Assembly (NCBI GenBank): GCA_964454355.1
Contig: CAYVTA010000002.1
Coordinates: forward strand, 8,428-72,427
Origin: an uncultured Eubacteriales bacterium
GTDB taxonomy: Bacteria > Bacillota > Clostridia > Oscillospirales > Acutalibacteraceae
Length of the DNA: 64,000 nucleotides
Direction: 5' to 3'
Shown: positions 41,055 through 51,200 of the stretch, piece by piece
How positions within the stretch are numbered: position 1 is the stretch's first letter
Layout: each line of letters opens with the position of its first letter
The notes under the pieces: model-generated
Seen by the model: the letters and a program-made list of their open reading frames with translations, nothing else
The model's database searches: none
Told to the model about the DNA's origin: nothing
Made by a program: the position numbers and the translations under genes

Positions 41055-43469
41055 TTATTCTCCTGCGGCCGCAGCAGCTACAGTTGTCGATGCATTTGCA
41101 GTGGTTGTTGCTGCTGTAGTGGTCGATGCTGCCGCTGTAGTACTATCGACAGGCACAGCACCTTCATCAGGCTCTTCTGCTTTTGCAGAGCAGTTCGTAC
41201 AGGTTGACGGAATTGAATCCTTTTTGTACCATCCGGTTGCTACGGAAGTACAACTCGAGCCTGCAATAAGACCTGTTGATGTACAGTAGGATTTTTTCAC
41301 GATTTCATCGCTGTATTCAAAAGACTTTGTGGGAAGGTCTGCATGAATCTCATTCATAACTGTCTGATATAACTTACCGCAGTAGTTAGTTGAGAAATCA
41401 AGCTCTTCTGCATGTTCGGAATATCCCATCCAGACGGCACAGACATAATAAGGTGTGCCTCCGATAAACCAACGGTCCTTCTCGTCAGATGTAGTACCTG
41501 TTTTTGCAAACATATCAAAACCGGTTACTCTGTATGCACGACCTGTACCGTTTGATGAGGTCGTTACAGTCTGAAGAAGCTTGTTCATAACATCAGCCGT
41601 ACCAGCTTCCATAACCTGCTCACCTGCATCGTTATGAGTAAGGTATACAGTGGACTCTGTGCTGTTTGTGACAGTGTAATAGCAGTAAGGCTCATAATAA
41701 ATGCCGCCGTTACCGAATGTTGTGTAAGCTGCACACATTTCAATAGCATAAACACCGTATGACATAGCACCAACCGCCAAAGGTGCATAATCACAGTCAG
41801 CAGAGTCAAGAGATGTTATCTTGAATGCATCCTGAAGCCAATTATAGCTCTTTTCCACGCCCATATTCTTTAATATCTGTGCGGGAACTGTATTGTGTGA
41901 CGGAGCTAACGCCTGCTGAATAGTCTCATAGCTTGTTGATGATCCCGGATCTCCGCCATAGTTGGTAGGCCATCTCTCACCGTTGACTGTAATACCGTAG
42001 TTCTGAACGAGAGGGTAAGACCATGTATAAAGATTACTTTCAATTGCAAGTGAATAAACACTCAGCGGTTTTATTGCTGAACCGGGCTGACGCTTTGAAT
42101 CTGTGGCAATATTAAGGCATCTTGCACCTTCCTTTTCGCCGGCCTGACCTATGATCCCCATAACTCTGCCCGTATAATCCATAATAACCATACTCGACTG
42201 AACAAGCTCACCGTGCGAGTTTGTAGATGTGGGGAATCCTTTACGGTTATAATAAGTATCTTCAAGCAATTCCTGAATTTCAAGATCAACAGCGACATGA
42301 ATCTTCAATCCGCCGTAATATACCATTTTCCACGCTTCATTATATGAATAGGAATATGCACTCATCAAATCCTCAATAACTGATTCGATAACATAGTCCA
42401 CATAATAGCTTTGAACTTCTGTTTCATCGTCACCTGAAGCGGCATCAGTTGAATTAAGATCAGCACTGTCGCTGTCATCATTTGTGGCAACGTAATCTTC
42501 ATCTGTTGTGAACACAAGGTCATACTCGATTGCCTCGTCATACTCTTCCTGTGTGATATACTCCTGTTCAAGCATACAATTAAGAGTATATTCCATTCTT
42601 TTTCTGTTTGTGTCGTAATTCAGAATGGGGTTATTTGCTCTGGGCTCCTGCGTAATGGCTGCTATACATGCACATTCTGCAAGATTAAGTTCGTCTACAT
42701 TTTTGCCGAAGTAATATTCTGAAGCAGTCTGAACGCCGTAACATCCTGCATCAAGATAAAGCGTGTTAAGATAAGCTTCAAGAATAGTTTCCTTTGAATA
42801 ATGCTTTTCAAGATTCAGAGCATTTAAAATCTCTCTGAATTTTCTGATATAAGTAACATCTCTTTCGCCCGTAAGGTTCTTGATAAGCTGCTGAGTAATT
42901 GTTGAACCGCCCTGTCCGTCATATGCAGGAACTATCATAACAGCAACCGTTCTTACCCAGTCAACACCCTGATGAGAATAAAATCTGTAATCTTCAAGAG
43001 CAACAAATGCATTTTGAAGATACTTTGGAATTTCATCAAGATTGACCCATATACGGTTCTCTTCACCGTGCAGTCTTGCAATCTCAATTTCATTTCCGTC
43101 ATCATCAAGAGTATAAAGTATCGTAGTCTGACTCTGATTTGCTTTGTACTCATCAAGGTTGATCGCAACCTCTCCGGTTATGAAATCTGACATATATTTG
43201 ACAAAATAAAGTCCTACAGATGATACAGAAAGCATAACAACAAGAAATAATGAGCAAAGAACGATGCCGACTTTTCTCATTTTTGTGCGATCCTTCTTCG
43301 GACGAGGTCTTTTTTCTTTCTTTTTACCGGATTTATTGTCTTCAGCTTTACCTGACGATTTTACGGTCTTATCATTTTTTGTAAGATTCTGTTTTTCAGA
43401 ATAACTGTTTCTGCCGGTGGGTCCGTTACTGTTTTGGTTATGGAACTCCGGTCCTTTCATTTCATCCAT
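41055..43469 (-). CDS. Class A penicillin-binding protein (GT51 transglycosylase + transpeptidase)
   Basis: GT51 motifs ALEDYRFYSHQGVDW, GGSTITQQLIKN and RKFREI. Transpeptidase motifs SAIKPL, SHN and KTGTT. Low-complexity Ala/Thr C-terminal tail. Confidence 0.9.
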   Translation of the reverse strand: MDEMKGPEFHNQNSNGPTGRNSYSEKQNLTKNDKTVKSSGKAEDNKSGKKKEKRPRPKKDRTKMRKVGIVLCSLFLVVMLSVSSVGLYFVKYMSDFITGEVAINLDEYKANQSQTTILYTLDDDGNEIEIARLHGEENRIWVNLDEIPKYLQNAFVALEDYRFYSHQGVDWVRTVAVMIVPAYDGQGGSTITQQLIKNLTGERDVTYIRKFREILNALNLEKHYSKETILEAYLNTLYLDAGCYGVQTASEYYFGKNVDELNLAECACIAAITQEPRANNPILNYDTNRKRMEYTLNCMLEQEYITQEEYDEAIEYDLVFTTDEDYVATNDDSDSADLNSTDAASGDDETEVQSYYVDYVIESVIEDLMSAYSYSYNEAWKMVYYGGLKIHVAVDLEIQELLEDTYYNRKGFPTSTNSHGELVQSSMVIMDYTGRVMGIIGQAGEKEGARCLNIATDSKRQPGSAIKPLSVYSLAIESNLYTWSYPLVQNYGITVNGERWPTNYGGDPGSSTSYETIQQALAPSHNTVPAQILKNMGVEKSYNWLQDAFKITSLDSADCDYAPLAVGAMSYGVYAIEMCAAYTTFGNGGIYYEPYCYYTVTNSTESTVYLTHNDAGEQVMEAGTADVMNKLLQTVTTSSNGTGRAYRVTGFDMFAKTGTTSDEKDRWFIGGTPYYVCAVWMGYSEHAEELDFSTNYCGKLYQTVMNEIHADLPTKSFEYSDEIVKKSYCTSTGLIAGSSCTSVATGWYKKDSIPSTCTNCSAKAEEPDEGAVPVDSTTAAASTTTAATTTANASTTVAAAAAGE

Positions 43470-43507
43470 TCAAATCGCTCCCTTTAAGGCGATAATAGCC
43501 GATTTAA

Positions 43508-43996
43508 TTATTCGGCTTTTAAATAATCCATTGATACCCAGCCTCTTTCGCCATTGTATTCAATGTATCCCCATGAAGGTGATGAACTGTCATCAACAAA
43601 CAGCACTTGCACACTTGTGCCGTTAGGGATAGCGACAATGGGACTGTATTCAGTTCCTGCGGTAGGACGCATATTAAGGTCTGCCGCAGAACCTGTTGAA
43701 ACAACATAAGACCCTGCACCGTTTTTTGTAACAACATCACTCGCAATCTCGTAATCGGTGGATCCTTCTTCAACAATATAAGAATCATTAGGTAGATTAG
43801 CAGAAGAATTTACGTTGTCATCCTTACCGGAGCTGATACCAACACAAATTAAAACGATAAGTACTATTACAATAACGATTGCTATACCTACCATCATAAG
43901 AAAACGCCTGTCGGCCTTTTTTATGCGTTCAATTGCAGTATTGACAAATCTGTAAACCTCTCTTACAAATTTCTGAAAATTAGTTTGCTTTGCCAT
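43508..43996 (-). CDS. Single-pass membrane protein with a C-terminal SH3b domain
   Basis: GGGAGGT RBS before the ATG at 43996. TM segment MMVGIAIVIVIVLIVLICVGI. SH3_3-like LNMRPTAGTEYSPIVAIPNGTSVQVL....WGYIEYNGERGWVSMDYL. Confidence 0.65.
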   Translation of the reverse strand: MAKQTNFQKFVREVYRFVNTAIERIKKADRRFLMMVGIAIVIVIVLIVLICVGISSGKDDNVNSSANLPNDSYIVEEGSTDYEIASDVVTKNGAGSYVVSTGSAADLNMRPTAGTEYSPIVAIPNGTSVQVLFVDDSSSPSWGYIEYNGERGWVSMDYLKAE

Positions 43997-44155
43997 AAAT
44001 ATACCTCCCGTACATACTTTCAAACTCTACGATAATAATCGTTCCCAGCGGATAAAACCGGATTGTTGAAACGTATCTGAATATTTCAATATATGATATT
44101 TATTATAACAAATGGATTTGTCAATTTCAACACTTATAACAATATTGTAATACTA

Positions 44156-44169
44156 TTTTGTTAACAAAA
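44156..44169. promoter_or_regulatory. Perfect 14-bp palindrome, candidate TetR autoregulatory operator
   Basis: TTTTGTTAACAAAA. It overlaps a -35-like TTAACA about 55 nt upstream of the tetR-family start. Confidence 0.35.
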
Positions 44170-44225
44170 AATTTATACAGGGTATATAAAATGTAAAAAA
44201 AAACGGTGTGAAAGGATCTAATTTA

Positions 44226-44798
44226 ATGAAAAAAAGAGCTTTAAGCAAAATTCCCGCCTCAGCAAAAAGAACGTATAAACTATTATCCGAATCTCTTCTG
44301 AAGCAGCTTGAAGAAAAATCCTTTGAAAAGATCTCAACAATTGATATATGTAAAGGTGCAAATGTTCCGAGAGCAACTTTTTACAATCATTTTGATGATA
44401 AATATGATCTGCTCAGATACACCTTGCGCAATGTCACAAAAGATATTATACCCTCTGTCTCAGAGAGCACATCAACAAACAATTACATAATAAAGATGAT
44501 TGAAAATTTCATTCAATTTACAATTGAAAATGAAAAAATCATCAAAAAAATAAACAGTGCGAACTACAACAGTATCCTGTTTGCGGAAATAAAAAACATA
44601 ATGTATGAAAATCTATACGAAATTATGACATACAAAGAATCGAAGAAAAAAGGTTATTCCGCCAACATGAAAATCGTTGCTCAATTTTATGCAAGCGGAA
44701 TCGTATATTCTGCAAAGACATGGCTCGATGAAGGAATGACCATTCCAAAGAATGAAATCATCGACAGTGCAAAAGCTATTCTTTTTTCATACAAATAA
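44226..44798 (+). CDS. TetR/AcrR-family transcriptional regulator
   Basis: HTH block FEKISTIDICKGANVPRATFYNHFDDKYDLLRY. GAAAGGA RBS before the ATG at 44226. Confidence 0.85.
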   Translation: MKKRALSKIPASAKRTYKLLSESLLKQLEEKSFEKISTIDICKGANVPRATFYNHFDDKYDLLRYTLRNVTKDIIPSVSESTSTNNYIIKMIENFIQFTIENEKIIKKINSANYNSILFAEIKNIMYENLYEIMTYKESKKKGYSANMKIVAQFYASGIVYSAKTWLDEGMTIPKNEIIDSAKAILFSYK

Positions 44799-44981
44799 AT
44801 TATTCATCGCCGGCTTCATCCTTTTTGGAGTTGGCGTATATTTTTTTGCATTCTTTCATCATCAAAATACTCGTCAAATAAAATCTCAATGCTGTTTGAC
44901 GCTTCCTTTCTCTCTGCTCCGGCATTCATTCTGAAAGCGGCACCAGCAGAAATCACTGCATCAAAAATAAAAAATCAGCAA

Positions 44982-45011
44982 ATTCACTCTGTCCGAAACC
45001 GAACAGAGTGA
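44982..45011. terminator. Bidirectional terminator hairpin between the tetR-family and rluA-family genes
   Basis: TTCACTCTGT-N10-ACAGAGTGAA. T-rich tracts follow on both strands (minus: TTTGCTGATTTTTTATTTTT). Confidence 0.6.
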
Positions 45012-45054
45012 AATATTTGTATACGCAATATTCAATTAGAGTTCTTAATACCCA

Positions 45055-46023
45055 TCAAAAGAGTTCATCATTATAAAATGCAGATCTGAACCAAACTTCT
45101 TTCGCTTCAAAATCGCTTCCGTTAAGATAGGAAAGAATACCTGCATCGGATGAAAATTCAAACCCTAACTTATAGGAATAAAGACACTGTTTTTTATATC
45201 CGCCGAGTTTTTTGTTTATCTCATTGGTGCCATACTTGCCGTCACCGAGAAGCGGGCATCCGATTGAAGCAAAATGGGCTCTTATCTGATGCGTTCTGCC
45301 GGTATGAAGCCTTACTTCAACAAGGCTTACACCGTTTTTTGTGTCAAGAACATTATATTCGGTTATCATTGTTTTTCCACCCTCGACAGGATGAGAATAA
45401 ACATGTACTTTGTTCTTTTTTTCGTCCTTTATCATGAAGGACGTCAGAGTGTTGCTTTTTTTCTTCGGACACCCTACCACAATGCACAGGTATCTCTTAT
45501 CAATCTCACGATTCTTAATTTTTTCATTCAGGATTCTGAGCGACTCTGCATTTTTTGCAGCAATTACTATTCCGCCCGTATTTCTGTCTATCCTGTTTGC
45601 AAGAGCCGGAGCAAAGGAGTTTTCTGCTTTCGGATCGTATTCTCCTTTTTCGTAGAGATAACGCTGTACTCTTGTTATAAGAGTGTCAACGTACTCCCCT
45701 TCATCAGGATGAGACAAAACTCCCGCTTTCTTATTGAGCAAAAGTATGTTTTCATCCTCATATACGACATCAAGGCTTGCAGGAGCCTTAAGAAAATCAT
45801 ACTTATCCTGTCCTGCTTCAAAAAATTCATCATTTATATACATATCAACAACATCGCCAACATGCAGTTTAGAGGCAATATCGCTTTTCTTTCCGTTTAC
45901 CTTGATACGCTTGATTCTTATATACTTATACATAAGATTCTTCGGCAGCATAGGAGCAACCTTTGCTATAAATTTATCCAAACGCTTATCTGCGTCATTT
46001 TGAGCTATTGTAAAAGATTTCAT
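45055..46023 (-). CDS. RluA-family 23S rRNA pseudouridine synthase (RluD/YlyB-like, with N-terminal S4 domain)
   Basis: ANRIDRNTGGIVIAAKN (catalytic Asp motif) and HTGRTHQIRAHF. The start overlaps the upstream stop as ATGA. Confidence 0.88.
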   Translation of the reverse strand: MKSFTIAQNDADKRLDKFIAKVAPMLPKNLMYKYIRIKRIKVNGKKSDIASKLHVGDVVDMYINDEFFEAGQDKYDFLKAPASLDVVYEDENILLLNKKAGVLSHPDEGEYVDTLITRVQRYLYEKGEYDPKAENSFAPALANRIDRNTGGIVIAAKNAESLRILNEKIKNREIDKRYLCIVVGCPKKKSNTLTSFMIKDEKKNKVHVYSHPVEGGKTMITEYNVLDTKNGVSLVEVRLHTGRTHQIRAHFASIGCPLLGDGKYGTNEINKKLGGYKKQCLYSYKLGFEFSSDAGILSYLNGSDFEAKEVWFRSAFYNDELF

Positions 46024-46784
46024 CCTGCAATTGATTCCTTCTGACCGAGTTCCTCAAGAATCTGCTCTCCTACAGCCCTTTTTGCCGCTTTAAGCTCTTT
46101 TCTCGCAACAGAATTCATAACTATATTAACAATAAACAAAGCCATACCGATAAACAAGCCATACGAAAGCTTTACGCTCATCACCTCAGGAATTGCCGCA
46201 TTAAACATTGAAGATGAAACAACTACGCATACCGATGACACAACAAAAAACACGAGGCTTAATACACAGCAAACAATGTTTCCTTTTGCATGATATCCGA
46301 AACCTGAAACAAGAATAACAACGAAGTTAAGAACACCTGCGACAACGCCCAAAAGTACAAACGCAAGGGCTGCATACAGAACGGTAAATGCCATACCGGA
46401 TCTTTCAAAAAAGATAAAATTAAACATTGAACCGATATCTACATTTCCATTAACTATTGCAAGAATAATGTTAAGCATAGATATGCCTTCACTTCCCGTA
46501 TCAAAGGGCAATGAGGTCGTAACCGTCACCATGGGAAACAGAAAAAATATCAAAGGGGCAAAAGTAAGTACAAATCTCGCAATCAAAAATTTATTTCCGA
46601 AAAGAGAGGTTTTGAATGCACCTACTGTTCTTCTGAAAGATTTAAATGATGCTTCCGCATTCTCAGCATCTCTGTCAAGTCTTGCTTCCCAATCGTAATT
46701 GGGAATATTCACTTTGCAGACGGGACATTCCGCCTTAACGTCAATCAAACGCAACCTATAACCGCAATGAGGACATCTTGCCAT
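46020..46784 (-). CDS. Hypothetical zinc-ribbon polytopic membrane protein
   Basis: N-terminal CPHCGYRLRLIDVKAECPVCK (CxxC-N14-CxxC), then about 5-6 TM helices. AAAGGA RBS. Confidence 0.6.
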   Translation of the reverse strand: MARCPHCGYRLRLIDVKAECPVCKVNIPNYDWEARLDRDAENAEASFKSFRRTVGAFKTSLFGNKFLIARFVLTFAPLIFFLFPMVTVTTSLPFDTGSEGISMLNIILAIVNGNVDIGSMFNFIFFERSGMAFTVLYAALAFVLLGVVAGVLNFVVILVSGFGYHAKGNIVCCVLSLVFFVVSSVCVVVSSSMFNAAIPEVMSVKLSYGLFIGMALFIVNIVMNSVARKELKAAKRAVGEQILEELGQKESIAG

Positions 46785-46809
46785 TTCTATTATCCTTTCT
46801 TAATCAAGA

Positions 46810-47688
46810 TTACTTATAAAGAGTAATTTCACTGACAATTGCAAAATGGTCTGAGGGGTAGATATCATTGTATTTGTCTGTTATTACCTTGTATGATACA
46901 GCAAAACCATATTCATCCTTAAAGAGGATATGGTCAATAGGCAGCTCACCTTCGGTAGAGCTCTTTGTGTAACCGTGATATGTGCCGATATCCATTGCAT
47001 CCTCTGCAACGTACATACTGTCAACAAATCCGCCATCAATAAGAGAAGCATACGCAACGGTATTAGCTTTACAGTTGAAGTCTCCCAATATAACCACAGG
47101 CATATCCGGAGCATATTCTTCTATTTTCTCAAGAAGAAGCTCTGCTGATTTATTTCTTGCAATAACAGAGAGATGGTCCCAATGAGAATTAAAAACAGCA
47201 AAAGTAAATCCTGTGTCCTTGTCCTCAAGAATTGCCCATGTACATATTCTGTTATAGAAAGAAGCCCAGGAAAGAGACGGTTTATCAGGTGTATCGGAAA
47301 ACCAGAAGGTACCGGAATCTACAAGATTATATTTTTCTGTCTTATAAAAAACGGGGGAATATTCACTGTCCGTTTCACCTTTACCTCTGCCTCTGCCAAC
47401 ATAAGAATAATCCTCAAGTCCCTCAGAAAGTCGCATAAGCCAGTCATAATCAACCTCCTGGAAACCTGCAACATCAGGCATTTGGCTTTCTATTGTCGAA
47501 ATAACACCTTCACTGCGGTTTTCCGGACTTTTTTCACCGGTACCTTTTATGTACACATTGTAGGACATTGCAACAACGCTGTAAGTATCTGCCGTTTCGG
47601 GCACAGCAGTCTGAGTCTGAACCGGAACAGATCCTGTCAGTCCGAATAATGCAAGAAAGAATGCTACGATTTTGTTCAAGAGTTCCAT
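46810..47688 (-). CDS. Secreted endonuclease/exonuclease/phosphatase (EEP) family protein
   Basis: Signal peptide. QEVD, GDFN and C-terminal SDHFAIVSE, which are EEP catalytic blocks. AAAGGAG RBS. Confidence 0.8.
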   Translation of the reverse strand: MELLNKIVAFFLALFGLTGSVPVQTQTAVPETADTYSVVAMSYNVYIKGTGEKSPENRSEGVISTIESQMPDVAGFQEVDYDWLMRLSEGLEDYSYVGRGRGKGETDSEYSPVFYKTEKYNLVDSGTFWFSDTPDKPSLSWASFYNRICTWAILEDKDTGFTFAVFNSHWDHLSVIARNKSAELLLEKIEEYAPDMPVVILGDFNCKANTVAYASLIDGGFVDSMYVAEDAMDIGTYHGYTKSSTEGELPIDHILFKDEYGFAVSYKVITDKYNDIYPSDHFAIVSEITLYK

Positions 47689-47707
47689 AAAAAATATCTC
47701 CTTTGAT

Positions 47708-49210
47708 TTAAGTATAATTTATTGCTACCGCCAGAAGCATAAATGTCACAGCAATAACACCTTCAATAACAAAAAGCTTCCATGACCATTTCAGCCATTT
47801 TTTATACGACACACCTACCATGCCGATTGCAATAATCATTATTCCGCTTGTGGGAAAGAGCAAATTTGTAAAACCATCAGCCATACAAAAAACAACAACC
47901 ATTGACTGTCTTGTTACGCCTAACAGATCACACAGCATACTCATAAGAGGAACAATAAGAAACGCCTTTGCAGTACTGCTGCCGATAAAAAATTCAAGCA
48001 CAACAATAAATATAAACAGGAGAAGAATCGCAGAGTATGGTGACAGCCCACTCATTACAGAATCAATATAATACAAAAGAGTATGCATTATCTTGCCTTC
48101 ATCAAGGACATATGTAATCGCAAGAATAAAGATAATGAGAGGAATTATGGGAAGTGCAGTTTTTATTCCCTTACCAAAAGCTTTCCACAAATTTTTACCC
48201 TTCAATCCTGCAAGTCTGCCTGCAATCAGACCACCCACGGGAAAAAACACTGCCATACATCCCAAAGAAGCAACACTGCCGATGTCACTGAGCGTGTCAT
48301 TATCAGTATAAGCACCTGCATAACTCATTATAAATGATGCCGCAATTCCAACTAACACCGCAAGGAGACAAGCAACAAATGCTCTCGTTGCATTTCGAAT
48401 ATTTTGACTTTCCAAAACATACATGGATTCTTCCATTGAATATTTTACTCTGTTTGCATTATCGCTTTCATATGCAATTGATCGTTTAGGATCTTTTTCT
48501 ATTCTTTTTGCATAAGAAACAAGAAACAGAACAAGAGTCACATATACTGCAATAAAAATCAGCACTCTGAACCACAGTCCTGAAAAAACCTCAAGTCCTG
48601 CGAGCTTCTGAACAGTTACAACATTAAACGGATTGAACGTAGCCGCTGTAAAACCGAATGCAACGGCAACAAGGCTCATTCCGATTCCCACAAGAGAATC
48701 CCATCCCATTGCAAGAGAAACAGCAACCGCAATAGGCACCAAAGTCAGGCTTTCTTCAAGAATGCCGGCTGTAGAGCTCAGAAGCATACATACTAAAACC
48801 ATTACCGCAATCAAAAGATACGGTCTGTTTCTGAATTTATTTACAATCACAACCATTATGTACTTAAGTACACCTATTCGGTCAAGTATCAGGAAGGTTC
48901 CGCCGATAAGAATGATTATTGCCATAATCATAAAGCCTGTCGAAGCATTATCACTCATAAAAGCAAGTACGGGAGATGCTATCACCTTCCACAGCGGAAG
49001 CTTATAATCTTCCAACTGTTCATAGGTTCCGTCAACAATAGAGCCGTTTGTATCGATTTGATACTCACCTGCAGGAACGACCTGCGTCAATATACCTACA
49101 AAAACAAGTACACAAAAAAGGACTGCAATAATATTCAATACCGTCTTTTTGTCAATGTTCAACCCTTCTGATTGTTTGAACTGCTTTTCATCCGTCATAT
49201 TTTCACTCAT
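47708..49210 (-). CDS. YfcC-family (DcuC/ArcD-like) membrane transporter
   Basis: About 12 TM helices. The N-terminal segment ILTQVVPAGEYQ resembles the YfcC-type P(A)GEY block. 500 aa. Confidence 0.6.
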   Translation of the reverse strand: MSENMTDEKQFKQSEGLNIDKKTVLNIIAVLFCVLVFVGILTQVVPAGEYQIDTNGSIVDGTYEQLEDYKLPLWKVIASPVLAFMSDNASTGFMIMAIIILIGGTFLILDRIGVLKYIMVVIVNKFRNRPYLLIAVMVLVCMLLSSTAGILEESLTLVPIAVAVSLAMGWDSLVGIGMSLVAVAFGFTAATFNPFNVVTVQKLAGLEVFSGLWFRVLIFIAVYVTLVLFLVSYAKRIEKDPKRSIAYESDNANRVKYSMEESMYVLESQNIRNATRAFVACLLAVLVGIAASFIMSYAGAYTDNDTLSDIGSVASLGCMAVFFPVGGLIAGRLAGLKGKNLWKAFGKGIKTALPIIPLIIFILAITYVLDEGKIMHTLLYYIDSVMSGLSPYSAILLLFIFIVVLEFFIGSSTAKAFLIVPLMSMLCDLLGVTRQSMVVVFCMADGFTNLLFPTSGIMIIAIGMVGVSYKKWLKWSWKLFVIEGVIAVTFMLLAVAINYT

Positions 49211-49311
49211 AATTATTCACCGTTTTTTGAATAAAGATAATTTAATTATATACAATATGAGTTGCAATTACAAGGTTATTCAAAAAAGTTTTTTATTTTT
49301 TCATTTAATGG

Positions 49312-49340
49312 TTGTAATTTCCGTATTCTAATGTTATAAT
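49312..49340 (+). promoter_or_regulatory. Candidate sigma-A promoter of the GH35 gene
   Basis: TTGTAA-17 nt-TATAAT, with TGt immediately upstream of the -10. Confidence 0.5.
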
Positions 49341-49417
49341 GGTATAAATTATTATGTGTAATTATGTGTCCGTATAAAATCAACTTTTATGAAAGCACGA
49401 ACAGGAGCGATTCGTAA

Positions 49418-51199
49418 ATGGAAAACAATAAAATTTTCTCTATAGGCAAGGACAGCTTCCTCCTCAATGACGAACCTTTTACCGTTGTTGCCGGAGCTGT
49501 TCATTACTTCAGAATTCCCAAAGAATACTGGCGTGACAGACTTCTCAAGCTCAAAGCCTGCGGCTTTAATACCGTTACTACGTATGTGCCTTGGAACTGC
49601 CACCAAAAAAATGAAGATTCATTTGACTTCAGTGACAACTATAACCTTGAAGAGTTTATTGACATTGCCGCAGAACTGGGACTTTATGCAATTGTATGTC
49701 CCGGTCCATATATAGGCGGCGAATGGGAATTCGGCGGTTTCCCCTGGTGGCTCCTCAAATACGATGACATTGAGCTTCGTTGTATGAATGAACGCTACAT
49801 AAACCTTGTAGACAAGTACTTTGACGAGCTTATTCCCAGAATAGCTAACCATCAGGTTACCAACGGCGGCAATATAATCATGGTTCAGGTTGAAAACGAA
49901 TACGGCAGCTACGGCAATGATGAAAAATATATGCAGTATATTGCTGCAGGGCTTGTAAGCAGAGGAATCAACGTTCCGTTGTTCACTGCTGACGGCATTG
50001 AAGACCATATGCTCGCAAATGGTGCAGTTGACGGCATACTTAAAACAGTAAAATTCGGGGCTAATCCTTCTGTTAATTTCCCTTACCTTCGTGAGTTCCA
50101 GCCCGAAGGTCCCCTCATGTGTTCTGAATTCTGGAACGGTTGGTTTGATCAGTGGGGTTACAGACATTATGAAAGAAAGCCTCAGGATGCGGCACTCAGC
50201 CTTCAGAGAATCATGGCAGATGATGCTTCGGTTTCCACATATGTATTCTGCGGCGGAACTAACTTCGGTTGGATGAACGGTGCAAACTTCGATACAGAAT
50301 ACAAGCCCATCGTAAGCAGCTATGACTGCGATGCTCCTCTTACTGAAAGCGGAGACATCACTAAAAAATACGAACTTTTGAAGAAGACAATAGCTAATCA
50401 TATAAAGCAGGAAGAAGAGACAACTCTCGATCCTCAGGTCCCCAAGGCAAAGTACGGATCAATTCCCTTCACACACTGTGCAGGTCTTTTTGAAAATATT
50501 GACAATCTTTCCAGTGCATTTGAACTGCTCAAGCCCGTTCCGATGGAAAAGCTCGGTCAGGGTTACGGTTTTATACTCTACAAAACTCACATAAAAGGTC
50601 CCAGCGACTATCAGCCTCTTGTCATTAAAGAAGTTCACGACAGAGCGTACATTTTCGTAAACGATGACCTTTATGCTATTCAGTCAAGAAATGATGCAGA
50701 ATCAATCGTTTCGTTGAAAGTTCCCAAGGAAGGTCTTGACCTTTCAATCCTTGTTGAAAACATGGGGCGTGTAAGCTACGGCAGTGAAATGAAGGACTAC
50801 AAGGGTATTACTGATTGTGTAAGATTGGGACAGAATTACATCTACAACTGGACTGCATATCCTCTTGAGCTTAACAATCTCACACAGATTGATTTTAAAG
50901 CAGAAACCGATATGATCTTCTTCGATCATCCCACATTTTATAAAGCCCAGTTCATCATTGAGGAGAAACCCGCAGATACCTTTGTAAAGCTTCCCGATTT
51001 CACAAAGGGTATGATATTCGTTAACGGCAAACCTCTTTCAAGATATTGGAACAAAGGTCCTCAGATTTCAGCTTACCTTCCTGCACCGTTCCTTAACCAA
51101 GGTGTAAATGAGATTGTTATTCTTGAGCTTGAAGGCTTTAAGAAGGGCAAGAAAAATCCTGTTGTTCTTCTTGACAAGAGACCTGAACTTAACGGTTAA
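49418..51199 (+). CDS. GH35 beta-galactosidase
   Basis: GAVHYFRIPKEYWRDRLLKLKACGFNTVTTYVPWN and VQVENEYGSYG (acid/base Glu block), 593 aa. Confidence 0.92.
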   Translation: MENNKIFSIGKDSFLLNDEPFTVVAGAVHYFRIPKEYWRDRLLKLKACGFNTVTTYVPWNCHQKNEDSFDFSDNYNLEEFIDIAAELGLYAIVCPGPYIGGEWEFGGFPWWLLKYDDIELRCMNERYINLVDKYFDELIPRIANHQVTNGGNIIMVQVENEYGSYGNDEKYMQYIAAGLVSRGINVPLFTADGIEDHMLANGAVDGILKTVKFGANPSVNFPYLREFQPEGPLMCSEFWNGWFDQWGYRHYERKPQDAALSLQRIMADDASVSTYVFCGGTNFGWMNGANFDTEYKPIVSSYDCDAPLTESGDITKKYELLKKTIANHIKQEEETTLDPQVPKAKYGSIPFTHCAGLFENIDNLSSAFELLKPVPMEKLGQGYGFILYKTHIKGPSDYQPLVIKEVHDRAYIFVNDDLYAIQSRNDAESIVSLKVPKEGLDLSILVENMGRVSYGSEMKDYKGITDCVRLGQNYIYNWTAYPLELNNLTQIDFKAETDMIFFDHPTFYKAQFIIEEKPADTFVKLPDFTKGMIFVNGKPLSRYWNKGPQISAYLPAPFLNQGVNEIVILELEGFKKGKKNPVVLLDKRPELNG

Positions 51200-51200
51200 A

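Noticed and set aside
41063-41074. GC-rich perfect palindrome CTGCGGCCGCAG (contains a NotI site) at the 3' end of the PBP gene.
   Set aside because: It encodes the Ala-rich low-complexity tail (AAAAGE) and overlaps the ruvX RBS region. No T-tract or partner repeat is present, so it is most simply a by-product of Ala codons.
44824-44937. Short minus-strand ORFs (37-42 aa) between the tetR-family gene and the bidirectional terminator.
   Set aside because: They have no RBS and no recognisable motif, and they lie downstream of a terminator on their own strand. They are probably non-coding spacer.
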